Origin: Paramecium tetraurelia
Taxonomy: Eukaryota
Reading direction: 5' to 3'
Assembly: GCA_000165425.1 (NCBI GenBank)
Contig: CT868241.1
Location: 310,001 to 374,000, forward strand
Length of the DNA stretch: 64,000 bases
Within the stretch, counting starts at the first letter, position 1; each line of letters starts with the position of its first letter. Below the pieces are notes generated by a model. That model saw only the letters and a program-made list of their open reading frames with translations. It had not been told where the DNA came from and did not search any database. The position numbers and the translations under genes were made by a program. Positions 12,626 to 26,731 of this stretch are shown here, in pieces.

Positions 12626-14605
12626 ATGGCTTAAACACCTGCTATTGGTATTGATTTAGGAACAACCTACTCTTGTGTTGGTATTTGGGTAAATGATAAA
12701 GTTGAAATCATCCCAAATGATTAAGGTAACAGAACAACTCCATCATATGTTGCATTCACTGATACAGAAAGACTTATTGGTGATGCTGCTAAAAACTAAG
12801 TTGCTAGAAATCCATAAAACACAGTTTTTGATGCAAAAAGATTAATCGGAAGAAAATTCGCTGAATCCACAGTTTAAAAGGATATTAAATTGTGGCCATT
12901 CAAGGTTGAGGCTGGTGCTGATGACAAGCCAATGATTGTTGTTAAATATAAGGGAGAAAACAAAAAATTCCATCCAGAAGAAATTTCATCAATGGTCTTA
13001 ACCAAAATGAAGGAGACTGCTGAAGCTTATTTGAGCAAATAAGTCTCAAAGGCTGTCGTTACAGTCCCAGCTTATTTCAATGACTCTTAAAGATAAGCCA
13101 CCAAAGATGCTGGTGCCATTGCTGGTATGAATGTTTTGAGAATTATCAATGAACCAACCGCTGCTGCCATTGCTTATGGTTTGGACAAGAAAGCAAAACA
13201 CGAAGAACACGTTCTCATCTTCGATTTGGGAGGTGGTACATTCGATGTCTCCTTATTGGCTATTGAAGATGGTGTCTTTGAAGTCAAGGCCACTGCTGGT
13301 GATACTCACTTGGGAGGTGAAGATTTCGATAACAAACTCGTCGAATATTGCTGTGCTGAATTCTTGAAGAAGAAAGGTATTGACATCAGAGGAAACCCAA
13401 GATCATTGAGAAGACTCAGAACTCAATGTGAAAGAGCAAAGAGAGTTCTCTCATCTGCCAATCAAACCACAATCGAAGTTGATGCTTTGGATGCTAATGA
13501 AGATTTCAATTGCACAATCACAAGAGCCAAATTCGAAGAATTATGCATGAGCATGTTCAAGGAATGCATCCCACCTGTTGAAAAGGTTCTTAAAGATTCT
13601 GGTATTTCCAAGAATCAAATCCACGAAGTCGTCTTGGTCGGAGGATCAACCAGAATTCCAAAAGTCTAAGAATTATTGAGAGACTACTTCAATGGAAAGG
13701 AATTGAACAAATCAATCAATCCAGATGAAGCTGTTGCTTATGGTGCTGCAGTCTAAGCTGCCATCTTGACTGGATAAGGTAACGAATAAGTCAAGGATCT
13801 CTTGTTGTTGGATGTCACCCCATTGTCCTTAGGTATTGAGACTGCTGGTGGTGTCATGACTGTTTTGATCCCAAGAAACACAACCATCCCAACAAAGAAA
13901 TCATAAACTTTCACAACCTATGCTGATAATCAACCAGGAGTCTTGATCCAAGTCTATGAAGGTGAAAGATAAATGACCAAGGATTGCCACAAATTGGGAC
14001 AATTCAACTTAGATGGTATTGCCCCATCACCAAGAGGAGTTCCATAAATTGAAGTCTCATTCGATCTTGATGAAAATGGTATCATGAACATCCACGCTGA
14101 AGACAAAGCCACCAAGAAATCAAACAAGATCACCATCACAAACGACAAGGGTAGATTATCAAAGGATGACATTGAAAAATTAGTTAAGGAAGCTGAAAAA
14201 TTCAAGGCTGAAGATGACATCATCAAATCCAAGATTGAAGCCAAGAACAGTCTTGAATAAACCACCTATTAAATCAGAAACACCATCAAGGATGAGAAAG
14301 TGAAAGACAAATTCTCAGCTGAAGAAAAAACTAAACTTGAATCATTGGTTGATGAAACAACTAAATGGATTGATGCTAACCCAAATGCTGAAACCAACGA
14401 CTACAAAAACAAATTAAAGGCTCTTGAAGAAGTCTTCCATCCAATCATGCAAAGAGTTTATCAAGCCACTGGAGGTGCCCCCCCAGGAGCTGAAGGTGCT
14501 GGATTCCCAGGAGGTGCAGGATTCCCAGGAGGTGCTGGATTCCCAGGAGGAGCTGGATTCCCAGGAGGTCCTGCTGGTGGACCAACAGTCGATTAAGTTG
14601 ATTGA
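12626..14605 (+). CDS. HSP70: Cytosolic Hsp70 chaperone (659 aa, intronless)
   Basis: [62 protein letters not shown]; in-frame TAA at conserved Gln; ends GPTVDQVD*. Confidence 0.98.
14495..14566 (+). repeat. Coding tandem repeat, 4 x 18 nt (GAGFPG) in the Hsp70 tail
   Basis: ggWgcWggattcccagga repeated four times, in the position of the usual GGMP repeats. Confidence 0.9.
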
Positions 14606-14795
14606 TTTTTATCTTAGTGTATATGTTAAAATTAAAATTCAATTTAAATACATCATCCTTTTTCTCAATTAATTAAATTTCATTAAGAGAATAAACAACA
14701 TAGAAATATATACAAACAGATTTATAAAACTCCGAATAGTGTCTTTTTTGTTTCAATAATAAATATATTCAAAATATTAATATACAATACGGAAA

Positions 14796-15396
14796 ATGGA
14801 TAAGGAAAACGCGAAACTAGCTCAAGATTATTCCGCTTAGAACAACATCCCTCTGCTTTAAGCCTAACAATAACCAGTTAATCAATATTACTCTCCCTAC
14901 TCTCCATAAGTTCAATAACCACAGTAATAAGTTAATCAGTAACCATACATACCAAATCCTTATCAAGGAATCAATCTTCAAGGAGATCAACCCCAGGCTA
15001 ATCAATAACTATAATAATAAATTCCTCAACAATAACAATTAATGTAGCCCTACCAACCTAATCCTTGTCAATAATAAATCACAGGAATTGTCCTCCAATA
15101 TCCCTATATCCCATATGTACATATTATCCTTAACTTAGAATCCACAAATTCTGTAAAATGCCTCTGGTTATAGAACTCCAGCACTCGTTTAGTGTCCCTA
15201 CTGTAACCAACATTCAGTCACAACCATTACCTACAAACCAGGAAATGACACCTATTGGATGGCTGCCCTATTGTGTATCTGCTTTGGGTTCTTATGTTTG
15301 ATTCCCTTATTATCTGGCGATTGCAAAGATGTCTATCATCAATGCAGCTATTGTGGAAAAGTTGTAGGTCACACTCCATACAAAGCCTGCTAATGA
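14796..15396 (+). CDS. LITAF-domain protein
   Basis: Pro/Gln/Tyr-rich N-terminus then CPYC...hydrophobic stretch...CKDVYHQCSYCGKVVG; one tiny intron near 15117-15138. Confidence 0.9.
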
Positions 15397-16155
15397 TTTT
15401 AAAAGTATATACATTTCACAAAAATAATTATTTATGCCTACTATTATTTACATTCCAAAGAATTTCCTTAGTATGAAATTTATACATTTTAAACTGCAAT
15501 ATTATTAAAATCACTAATTCTCTTAAAAGGATTGCTAGTTTTCATCTTCCTTTGACAAAACCCATTAACTCAAGTAATTAACCCTTTTTTGAGCCTGAAA
15601 ACATCTGTAGAATAACCAATCTTTCCTCAACACATATGTCTGTGGATATTTTATAGAAAAATACTAAAAAGTCAATCTAAGGTAGTACCTTTTAATGCTG
15701 TAGAAAAAAGGTTCTGATGTTATTTTTGAAAACAAATAGGTTTGCATGCTCTTAATTTTTACTCATCAACTTAACCATTATAAGAAATCTTTTATGTAAA
15801 ATTATCAGGTTCAAATGTAATGCCTTTATTGCAAATGATAAGAAATCACATAAATCAAACAGGATTTATTAAGGCACATTTATTAGTTCAATTCTTATTT
15901 TGATATTTTTCTGGCCTTCCTTCTGGAGTATTTACTGGCTAAAAGATTGTAAATACTATAGTATATATTTGTAGTTATTATTAAAATATAATTGGTGAAA
16001 AAACTTCAAGTTGGCAGATGAATTTATATAATTTTATTCATTTTAATATGTTAAAAGAATGGAATTAATGTTTAGGAATATTTTAAAAATTGAATTTTTA
16101 TAAATTCATAAACAAATCTTCTCTATAAATAATTATATAGTTTAATTCAAACTGT

Positions 16156-16656
16156 ATGAAAAACAGTATCGAGAATTCTAATCAATTGACAGTTTGCTAA
16201 AGCAATAGTCAATTATAAAAAGTAACGTTTGTAAACTTAGCTCAAAGCGTGCAGATAAATTCTCCTTTATAAGCAAATATTCTTTCACATTCGCTTCCCA
16301 TTACACCTAACAATGGAGATCAGGCAGATCTTATTTAAGAAATAGGCTTGCCTAAGATTCTAACAAGAAAGATGACTAGGTATTGATGAGATTGATAAAA
16401 TAGAAACGATTATTTGACAACAGCCAATGGACATAAAACCAAGTAAGAGGTTTTCTGTAATAACTGTCAAAGAATTAATATGACTCGTCTAGAAACAGAA
16501 TACGGGCTGGGGGCTATTTAAGTTACCTGCTTGCTAATTTTTCTATTTTGGCCACTTTGTTGGTTACCTTGTGTTTTAAAATCATGTTAAGACATAATCC
16601 ATTATTGCCCATTTTGTAATTAAGTTGTAGGAAGAACTCGTTATACATTCTGTTGA
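16156..16656 (+). CDS. LITAF-domain protein (second, divergent copy)
   Basis: FCNNC...VTCLLIFLFWPLCWLPCVLKSCQDIIHYCPFCNQVVG; tiny intron near 16380-16403. Confidence 0.88.
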
Positions 16657-16769
16657 TTTTATTGTGTAAATTACTTAAATAATATAAAATTCTCAAAAAT
16701 CATAATTGCTTGGGTTCAAGTTGAGCCTTAGGCAATAACGTTTCAATCAAAGAGAAATATTTAATTATA

Positions 16770-19300
16770 ATGTTGATATTTTCTGAAATCAATTAATTAT
16801 GTTATATAGGATAGAACGAAATTTTAACAAATATCAAAATTGCTATATCCCACAAGCCTTTACAAAATAAAATATTTTCCTTACACTAAAAACTTGTAAA
16901 ATGGCATTCCTCAAAGAGTCAGCTAACAAATGATTAAAGTATATGAATTGATTGTAAAGTTTAATTGTAGTAAACAAACAAAATTATACCCAGCCTTAGA
17001 TAAATCTACAATACAATATCAACATTAATTAAAGTTTAAGATGAGATGATACCTTTACATTTTTTCATTTAAATCTTATATCAAATGGCTTATGTTAATT
17101 AGAATCAACCATATAACATAATATTTTTGAGTAAAATAAACAATTATTTGTCTTTTTGAATTTTAATTATAAATGAAATTAATTTTGAAAAATATATACT
17201 GAATAAATCAGCCATAATTTTTTTTTCGAACGAGCTCTTATAAACTTACGAGATTAGATATTTTAGGATTAAATCAAGAGATCAAATGGAAAATTTAAAT
17301 CTTAAGTAGTCCTTTTACAAAATATTAAAGTCATATATAAAATAAAACTCATAAGAATAAATAAAAAATTATTTAAAATTAAAAAGATGTTTCTTCAAAA
17401 ATAAGTGAAAGTAAAACTTTATATAATTCGGATTTGCTCATTATTTTTATAACTAAGGCTATATATTTCTAATAGTGAAATTTTTTATAAATTAAATTAT
17501 TTTCACCATATTTAATTCATTACAAGATTAAACATTATCTCTAAACGTTATTAATGTTGTAAAAATTGCTTGCATATCCATCAATGTCATACTAATGAAA
17601 ATAGTTAATAACCTGGTGTCAATTGATGTTATTTATATAATCAATAACTAAGACAACAACAATAACAAAAATATTATTTTTAAATAAGGGATATTATTTT
17701 CTTAAATCATAATTACGTTATTATTGAAAGTTGATTAAAGTTCACCAGATGGGTTAGATTTCAGCTTAATTGAATGTTAATTGAGTAGATAAAACACCTA
17801 AAACTAGGATTGAATACCAATATATAAAATGTTTATTGTTATTCTAATTTATTACTTTACAATTCAAAAAATGAAACCTCTATGAATTCTTGTACATCAA
17901 TATACTCAATGCAATTACAAGTTTGTTCTATGCAATAGTAATATCTGAGAAATATAAATGTGGATATTTATTTGAAGAGCACAAGAATTTTCTTATATAA
18001 ATATATCCTAATTCAATTAATAAAATAATGAGATAAAGATAAACATATTAGCCGAATTATCTATAAATTTCTCAAACAGAGAAACCAAAAAGATATGTGC
18101 ATTCATATGGGAAGGAACTTAAAACACCTGATTCCATAAAGCCTCTAAGTGCATTAATGAACTTGAGACTTTTCCTTTATAAAACAAAATAAAAATTAGA
18201 ATATAAACAGGCAAGCCAATTTATTAGGAATGATCCTTTAGTCAAAGAGCAGCCCTCTTTTTTATATAATAAATTTTAGATAGAATAGGATAATCAAATA
18301 AAATTTCAAGCATATTTAGATGGTGATTTGCAAGCTGAGGAATATTTGACTCTCCAAAACTACAAGAGATTATATAAAATAACAAAGAATGATAACGGAT
18401 CTTTTGATAACTCAAATGATGACACACCATATTATACTTAAAGAGAGAGCGCTTTAAAAAAACTAAGAGAGAGAATTATTCATAGACACAATATGAACAA
18501 GAGAAAAAGGGGATCTGAAATAAGCAGCCAAGTTGATACATCGAAATGTGATACTCCTAGTATATTATTAGCCAAATAACTCAAGAAAGTTATTATTCGA
18601 AAGCATATGAATAAAATAAATGAAGAATTAACAGCGTATCAAATTTTTATTATTTAGAGAAAATACGCTTAAGAATTTGAAAATGGTGTAAAATGCAGAC
18701 TTTGCTGTATAGTAATTACAACAGACTCTTGAACAAGATAAATCCATCTAGAGTAGTGTTTAAAAGAAAGTAAATTCAACAAAGCATCTAAAAATAATAA
18801 CTAGAAGAAATAAAACTGAGATTAGTGAGGAGAACAAAGATAGTAGAATACAATTGAGTAATGAAATAAATAATTTGGCTAATAAAACCATATATGAATC
18901 GTAAGTGAAAGATAAATAAAAACAATTAAAATCGAAAACTCTCAAATTTTCTAATGCCAAAATGAATCAAATATTTATGCAAAAGTCATAATATTCATTC
19001 AGAGATCAAAGGAATTGTATTACTGATCGATCACAATAATCATATTGTTAGAAAAATAATTCTAAATAAAAATTACATTACTAGGGTGATGAAAAATTGG
19101 AGGAAAGAGATGATTCAGCTGAATCGAGTCTCTGTTCTCTATTTGAAAAGAAGATCAATCATTTATATAATTAAAGCATATTATTGAAGAAGAATATTTC
19201 AACTAAAGATAGTATGATCAAGCGTATAAAACATATGCAAAGTTTTAATTAAATTGTAGGAGAGGCAGTGCAAACAAATAATTAAAAATTATATTAAATT
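16770..19300 (+). CDS. Hypothetical protein (one or two genes)
   Basis: Long table-6 open stretches with coding-like composition; no motif recognised and exon structure unresolved. Confidence 0.3.
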
Positions 19301-19328
19301 TGATTTGTATAATTTATTATGCTTCTAT

Positions 19329-19679
19329 TCAAATAGTTGAATTAACTTTATTAGATTAAGCAACAAGTTATCCTAAGACTTATTCTAATTCTGCTTCATT
19401 TAGGTTTCCAATCAAAGCCTTCTTTTCAACTCCATACTCTAACATTTAAATCTATAAGTACTGTATCTGACAAGTATATATGGATCGATTGATTCACACT
19501 CTCTCACAACAAATGGAAATTTTGGATTTGTCTCTTTCCATTGCCAATAATTTTTTGTGACGAGATTCCTATAAATCAATACTCTATTAATACCTAACTC
19601 CTTCCGATCTACCACAAGATTAGCAAAACACAAATCGTAATTCTTTAACAGAATTACCCAATTATTTGTACCAAGACAT
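19329..19679 (-). CDS. NDUFA2: NADH:ubiquinone oxidoreductase B8 subunit (L51/S25/CI-B8 family)
   Basis: MSWYKQLGNSVKELRFVFCQSCGRSEGVRNLVTKNYWQWKETNPKFPFVVRECESIDPYILVRYKYGVEKK; two tiny introns. Confidence 0.88.
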
Positions 19680-20254
19680 TATTAAATTAAAATATATTTA
19701 TAATAAAATCGAAAAATAAATTATCAAAAACAAGGGTTGATCTGATTTATTATGAATATTATATGTTAAATGTCTAGAGTTAATATAGTTTCTAGATTTC
19801 TAATTTTTTCTTGTTTTTGATAAATACCATTTTCAGAAGTACAAATGATGGCTACTAAAAGTTAAAGGAATCCCTAACTAGTTCAAAAATAAAAAGATTA
19901 GGAAGACATTATCGAAATAATAATTTAACAATATATATCTATATAATTATTCTGTTGTTTATGATATAAATTTGAATAATGTTCTTGATTTATAAATTTT
20001 TGTTAATTTAAAACCTTACAGAGTGATGTTTATGATTAGTAAGGGTGAATTAGTATAGTATAGGAAATTTTAGAAGTTATTAAAAGGTAATGGGTTAATT
20101 TTGATTACTAAGATTGCGATAAGTTAGAATAGGAATTGATAAATTAATTTAAAGGTTTTAGGTAAGGGAATAGGAGTAAGTGACGATTGGAAAGGGTGTT
20201 AATATATTAAGTATTTATGTTCTGATTTGAAGATTTAATTTAAATAAATTAATT

Positions 20255-22005
<1,751 letters not shown>

Positions 22006-22051
22006 TCAATTACAAATAATAATACAATATATAAAATAATAATTTATCAGT

Positions 22052-23095
22052 ATGTAAATTACTTTTGCACAACTTCGTCCTTTATAACTTGGATAGTCTC
22101 TCTATGTTACAGGAAATTGCAATGAATTGGGAAATTGGAATCCTGAGAATGCAATTAAATTAAATTATCAGATGACTGATCTATGGATTGGTTAAATCGA
22201 TCTTAATCTTGAATTTGTAGTTGAATATAAGTACTTTGTGGCTTAAACAGACAATCCCAAATAAGATATAAAATGGGATGATGGAAATAATAGAGTTCTT
22301 GATAAAATGATGGTCACTGAATAGCTGAAAGTTATGACATTTAATATAAGATATGATTGTAAGGAAGATGGTAAAAATGATTGGAATCATAGAAAATCGG
22401 TTGTTTACAAATTAATACGGAAGATTAATCCAGAAATCTTTGGATTGTAAGAAGTCCTCGCTCATTAACAAGCAGATTTGTAATCGAACCTTTAAGGGAA
22501 CTATAATTTTATAGGTAGAGGGAGGTAGAATAATTTTTGGGATGATGAAGGATGTCCCATATATTATGATATGCTTAAGTATAACATTGTTTAGGCTGAA
22601 GTATTTTGGTTTTCAGATACTCCTTATGTTGCAGGATCGAAAAGTTATGGTAATGGATTCCCTCGAATATGCACATATGTGAAATTATTACATAAAATGA
22701 GTCAGAAAGTGTTTCATGTTTACAACACTCATTTTGATCATGAAAATAAACTTTCTTAGATTAAGTCAGCTGAGTAAATTAAAAGACACATTTAGTAATA
22801 TTGTTCTCCTGAAGATAAAATTATTGTTATGGGAGATCTTAATAGTTTACCAATGAGTGATGCAGTCAAAATCTTGACTTCCCCCATATGGCAAGGTTTC
22901 ACGTTGTAAAACACGATGGGAGTTCTGGATATGCCATTAGCAACAATGCATGCTTGGTATGGATTGAAATTGGGTCTGCACATTGATTATATATTTTTGG
23001 GCAATCTGAAGTACAAGAGTATGATGATTGTGAATGATCTAATTGATGGGCAATATCCATCGGATCACTTCCCTAAAGTTGTTGTTTACGAATGA
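22052..23095 (+). CDS. CBM20 (starch/glycogen-binding) domain fused to an endonuclease/exonuclease/phosphatase (EEP) domain, 347 aa, intronless
   Basis: CBM20 pattern GQSLYVTGNCNELGNWNPENAIKL..W..EYKYFV..WDDGNNR; EEP motifs MTFNIRYD, GLQEV, NTHFDH, MGDLN, IDYIF, SDHFP. Confidence 0.88.
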
Positions 23096-23234
23096 GATTT
23101 ATAAATAATTATAATTATCTAGAAATCGTATAAAGTAATAGTGCGCAATAACAAGATATTAGAGTGAAATAATTGGTATATAAAAATTTCATACAAAAGG
23201 TAATGGATACACGTCTCATGATTTAAATAAATAA

Positions 23235-25943
23235 ATGAGCAAATATATTTATACATTTGGTGATGGCAAAGCAGAAGGTAGTGCAGCTATGAAGAATCTT
23301 TTGGGAGGCAAAGGATCTGGATTAGCAGAAATGAATCTGATTGGCATTCCTGTACCCCCAGGATTCACAATTACAACAGATGCTTGCAACTTGTACACTA
23401 AGAATGGTGCTGAATCCACTTTCGCACTCATCAAGGCTGATGTTGAGAAAGCACTTCATTAAGTAGAAGAGTTGACTAAGATGGAATTTGGCTCAGCTGA
23501 AAACCCCTTACTCGTTTCTGTTAGATCAGGAGCCAGAGTTTCAATGCCTGGTATGATGGACACAATTCTCAATCTTGGATTAAATGATATCTCAGTAGAG
23601 GGATTGAGCAAGAGAACAAACAACCCAAGATTTGCATGGGATTCATACAGAAGATTCATTCAAATGTTCAGTGACATGTTTTGGACATGAAGCCAACCAC
23701 CAAGGAAGACATCGATCCATTTGAAGAAATCATCGAAGGTGTCAAACACGCCAAAGGTGTCAAATAAGATACAGAACTTGATGTTGATGATCTTAAGACT
23801 CTCGTTGAAAAGTATAAGGTTGCTGTCAAAGCAAAAACAGGAAAAGATTTCCCATAAGAACCATAATAATAATTATGGAGAGCTATTTAAGCTGTGTTTG
23901 ATAGTTGGAACAATGATAGAGCTAAATACTACAGAATTCTTAACAAGATCCCTGAAGATTGGGGAACTGCAGTTAATGTTTAAGCTATGGTTTTCGGTAA
24001 TATGGGAAACACATCAGCCACTGGAGTTGGATTCACTAGAGATGCATCAACAGGAGAAAATATTTTCAATGGAGAATATTTGATCAATGCCTAAGGAGAA
24101 GATGTCGTTGCAGGTATCAGAACACCATAATAAATCACTTTGATTGGATCAAAAAGATGGGCTGAATTATAAGGAGTTCCTGAAGATGTCAGAAAAAATC
24201 AATTCCCATCATTGGAAGAATCATTACCAGAAACATACTAAGAATTGAAGAATGTCTAAGAAAAATTAGAATAACACTTCAAAGATATGTAAGATATTGA
24301 ATTCACTATTCAAAATGGAAAATTATGGTTATTATAATGCAGAAATGGTAAAAGAACTGGTGCTGCCATGGTTTAAATTGCTTGTGATTTATTAAGAGAA
24401 GGAAAGATTGATGAAAAGACAGCTCTTAAGAGAATTGAACCAAATAAATTAGATGAATTATTACATCCAATTTTCACACCAGAAGCTTTGAAGACAGCCA
24501 AATTTGTTGCCAAGGGATTACCAGCATCTCCAGGTGCAGCTTCAGGATAAATTGTTTTCTTCGCTGATGAAGCCAAGAAATTTGCTCAAAGTATTTTAGT
24601 AAGAATTGAAACATCTCCAGAAGATTTGGAAGGTATGAACATTGCCAGAGGTATTTTGACAGCCAGAGGAGGTATGACATCTCATGCTGCCGTCGTTGCA
24701 AGAGGTATGGGTAAATGCTGTGTTTGTGGTGCTGGATCTTTGAACATTAATTACAAATAAAGAACACTTGAAGTTAACGGAAAGGTTTATGCTGAAGGTG
24801 ATTGGATTTCATTGAATGGATCAACAGGAGATGTCTTTGAAGGAAAATTAAAAACATAAGAAGCATAACTCAGTGGAGATTTTGGTTTGATTATGGATTG
24901 GGCTGAGAAATACACTAGAATGTATGTTAGAACTAATGCAGACACACCAAAGGATGCTTAAATTGCCAGAAAATTCGGTGCCAAGGGTATTGGATTGACA
25001 AGAACTGAACATATGTTCTTTGAAGGAGAAAGAATCAAAGCTATGAGAGAAATGATTTTAGCATCAGATTTGGCAGGAAGATAAACTGCATTGGCAAAAT
25101 TATTGCCATTCCAAAGAAGTGACTTTGAAGGTATTTATTGAGGCTATGAATGGATATGGAGTAACAATAAGATTGTTGGACCCACCCCTCCATGAATTCG
25201 TTCCACATGAAACTGCTTAATAATAGGAATTGGCTTAAGATATGGGATTAACTTTAGATTAAGTTAAATAAAAGGTCCATGAATTAGCAGAATTCAACCC
25301 AATGTTGGGACACAGAGGATGCAGATTAGGAATTACATATCCAGAAATCACAGAAATGTAAACAAGAGCCATCATTGAAGCAGCTCTTAACATCAAAGCC
25401 AAGGGTATGGATGTTAAACCAGAAATTATGGTTCCATTAGTTGGTAATGTTAATGAATTAGAGCACTAATTGAAAGTTGTTAAAAAGACAGCTGAAACAG
25501 TATTCTAAGAGAGAAAGGACACAATTCATTATTTAGTCGGAACTATGATTGAAGTACCAAGAGCTTGCTTAGTTGCTGATTAAATTGGTCAAATTGCTGA
25601 ATTCTTTTCATTTGGTACCAACGATTTGACTTAGATGACACTCGGATTCTCAAGAGATGATGCCGGTAAATTCTTACCATATTACATTAATAATGGAATC
25701 TTGAAAGTCGATCCATTCTAAGTTTTGGATAGACAAGGAGTAGGAAAGATGGTTGAATTAGCAGTCAAGAATGGAAAATCAACAAACCCAAATTTGAAGG
25801 TTGGTATTTGTGGTGAACATGGAGGTGAACCATCATCAGTTGAATTCTTCCACATTGTTGGATTAGACTATGTCAGTTGCTCACCATTCAGAGTTCCAAT
25901 CGCAAGAGTTGCAGCAGCCATTGCCAATTTAACCTATCCATGA
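23235..25943 (+). CDS. ppdK: Pyruvate, phosphate dikinase (intronless; two apparent single-base indels)
   Basis: [37 protein letters not shown], phospho-His motif [45 protein letters not shown]. Confidence 0.97.
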
Positions 25944-25982
25944 GTATTTCATTAAAAATATATAAATATTTATTAATTCAAA

Positions 25983-26328
25983 ATGTCAGATGTTGACATA
26001 GAAGACACAATAAACAGAATTAAAAATCACAAATCAGTCTAAGGAATTGTGATTGTAAATATCGAAGGTGCTATTACTAGGACTACTTATTTAAATGAGA
26101 AAAAGGATGAGGGTAATATTATTAATCATCTCAGGTGATACAATTGCTAAATCTATTCCAATTTTGGCATAAAAGGCAAGATCTTTGGTTAGAGATTTAG
26201 ATCCAACAAATGATTTAGCGTTTTTAAGAATAAAATCAAGATAAAATGAGATTTTAATAGCTCCTGATAAAGATCTATTATTGATTGTTATATAAGGACC
26301 TAAAAAATAGGGAGAAGATGATTAATGA
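25983..26328 (+). CDS. DYNLRB: Dynein light chain roadblock/LC7
   Basis: IEDTINRIKNHKSVQGIVIVN...[41 protein letters not shown]; one tiny intron. Confidence 0.93.
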
Positions 26329-26731
26329 TTAATTAGATATGTATGCAATTAATATATTCTGATATAAAAAAAATAAAATAGATATGGATTGAACAATTTC
26401 AATTTATAATTTTGTTACATCATAATTGTTGAAACCCTATAATTATATGCCTATAAAAAGTATATTGATGAGTTCAATGGAAAATTAAAATATAATATAA
26501 ACAGTTGAAGTTTTACAAATAATTGTTGAAAATATTGAAAATTAATTCATAAATACAATCTAATATGTTGTTCATCATTCACTATTAAATGCTAAGCATA
26601 TAATATAAATAAAATTATTTCATAATAAAGAATGCAAATACATTTTAATTTGATAAGATTTAATTTTTCATCTTAAAATCTCTTCATTTACTGTTTCTCA
26701 ATTTAAAGGCTTTAATAATTTAAATATCATT

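Noticed and set aside
13149..14672. Alternative-frame and antisense ORFs over HSP70 (likewise over ATP1, PPDK, MPP-alpha, GDH)
   Set aside because: Shadow ORFs of conserved genes with no independent motifs.
16708..16733. B-box-like GGTTCAAG with imperfect inverted repeat (also gattcgaccc near 11399)
   Set aside because: No cloverleaf or A-box at the right spacing; not a supportable tRNA.
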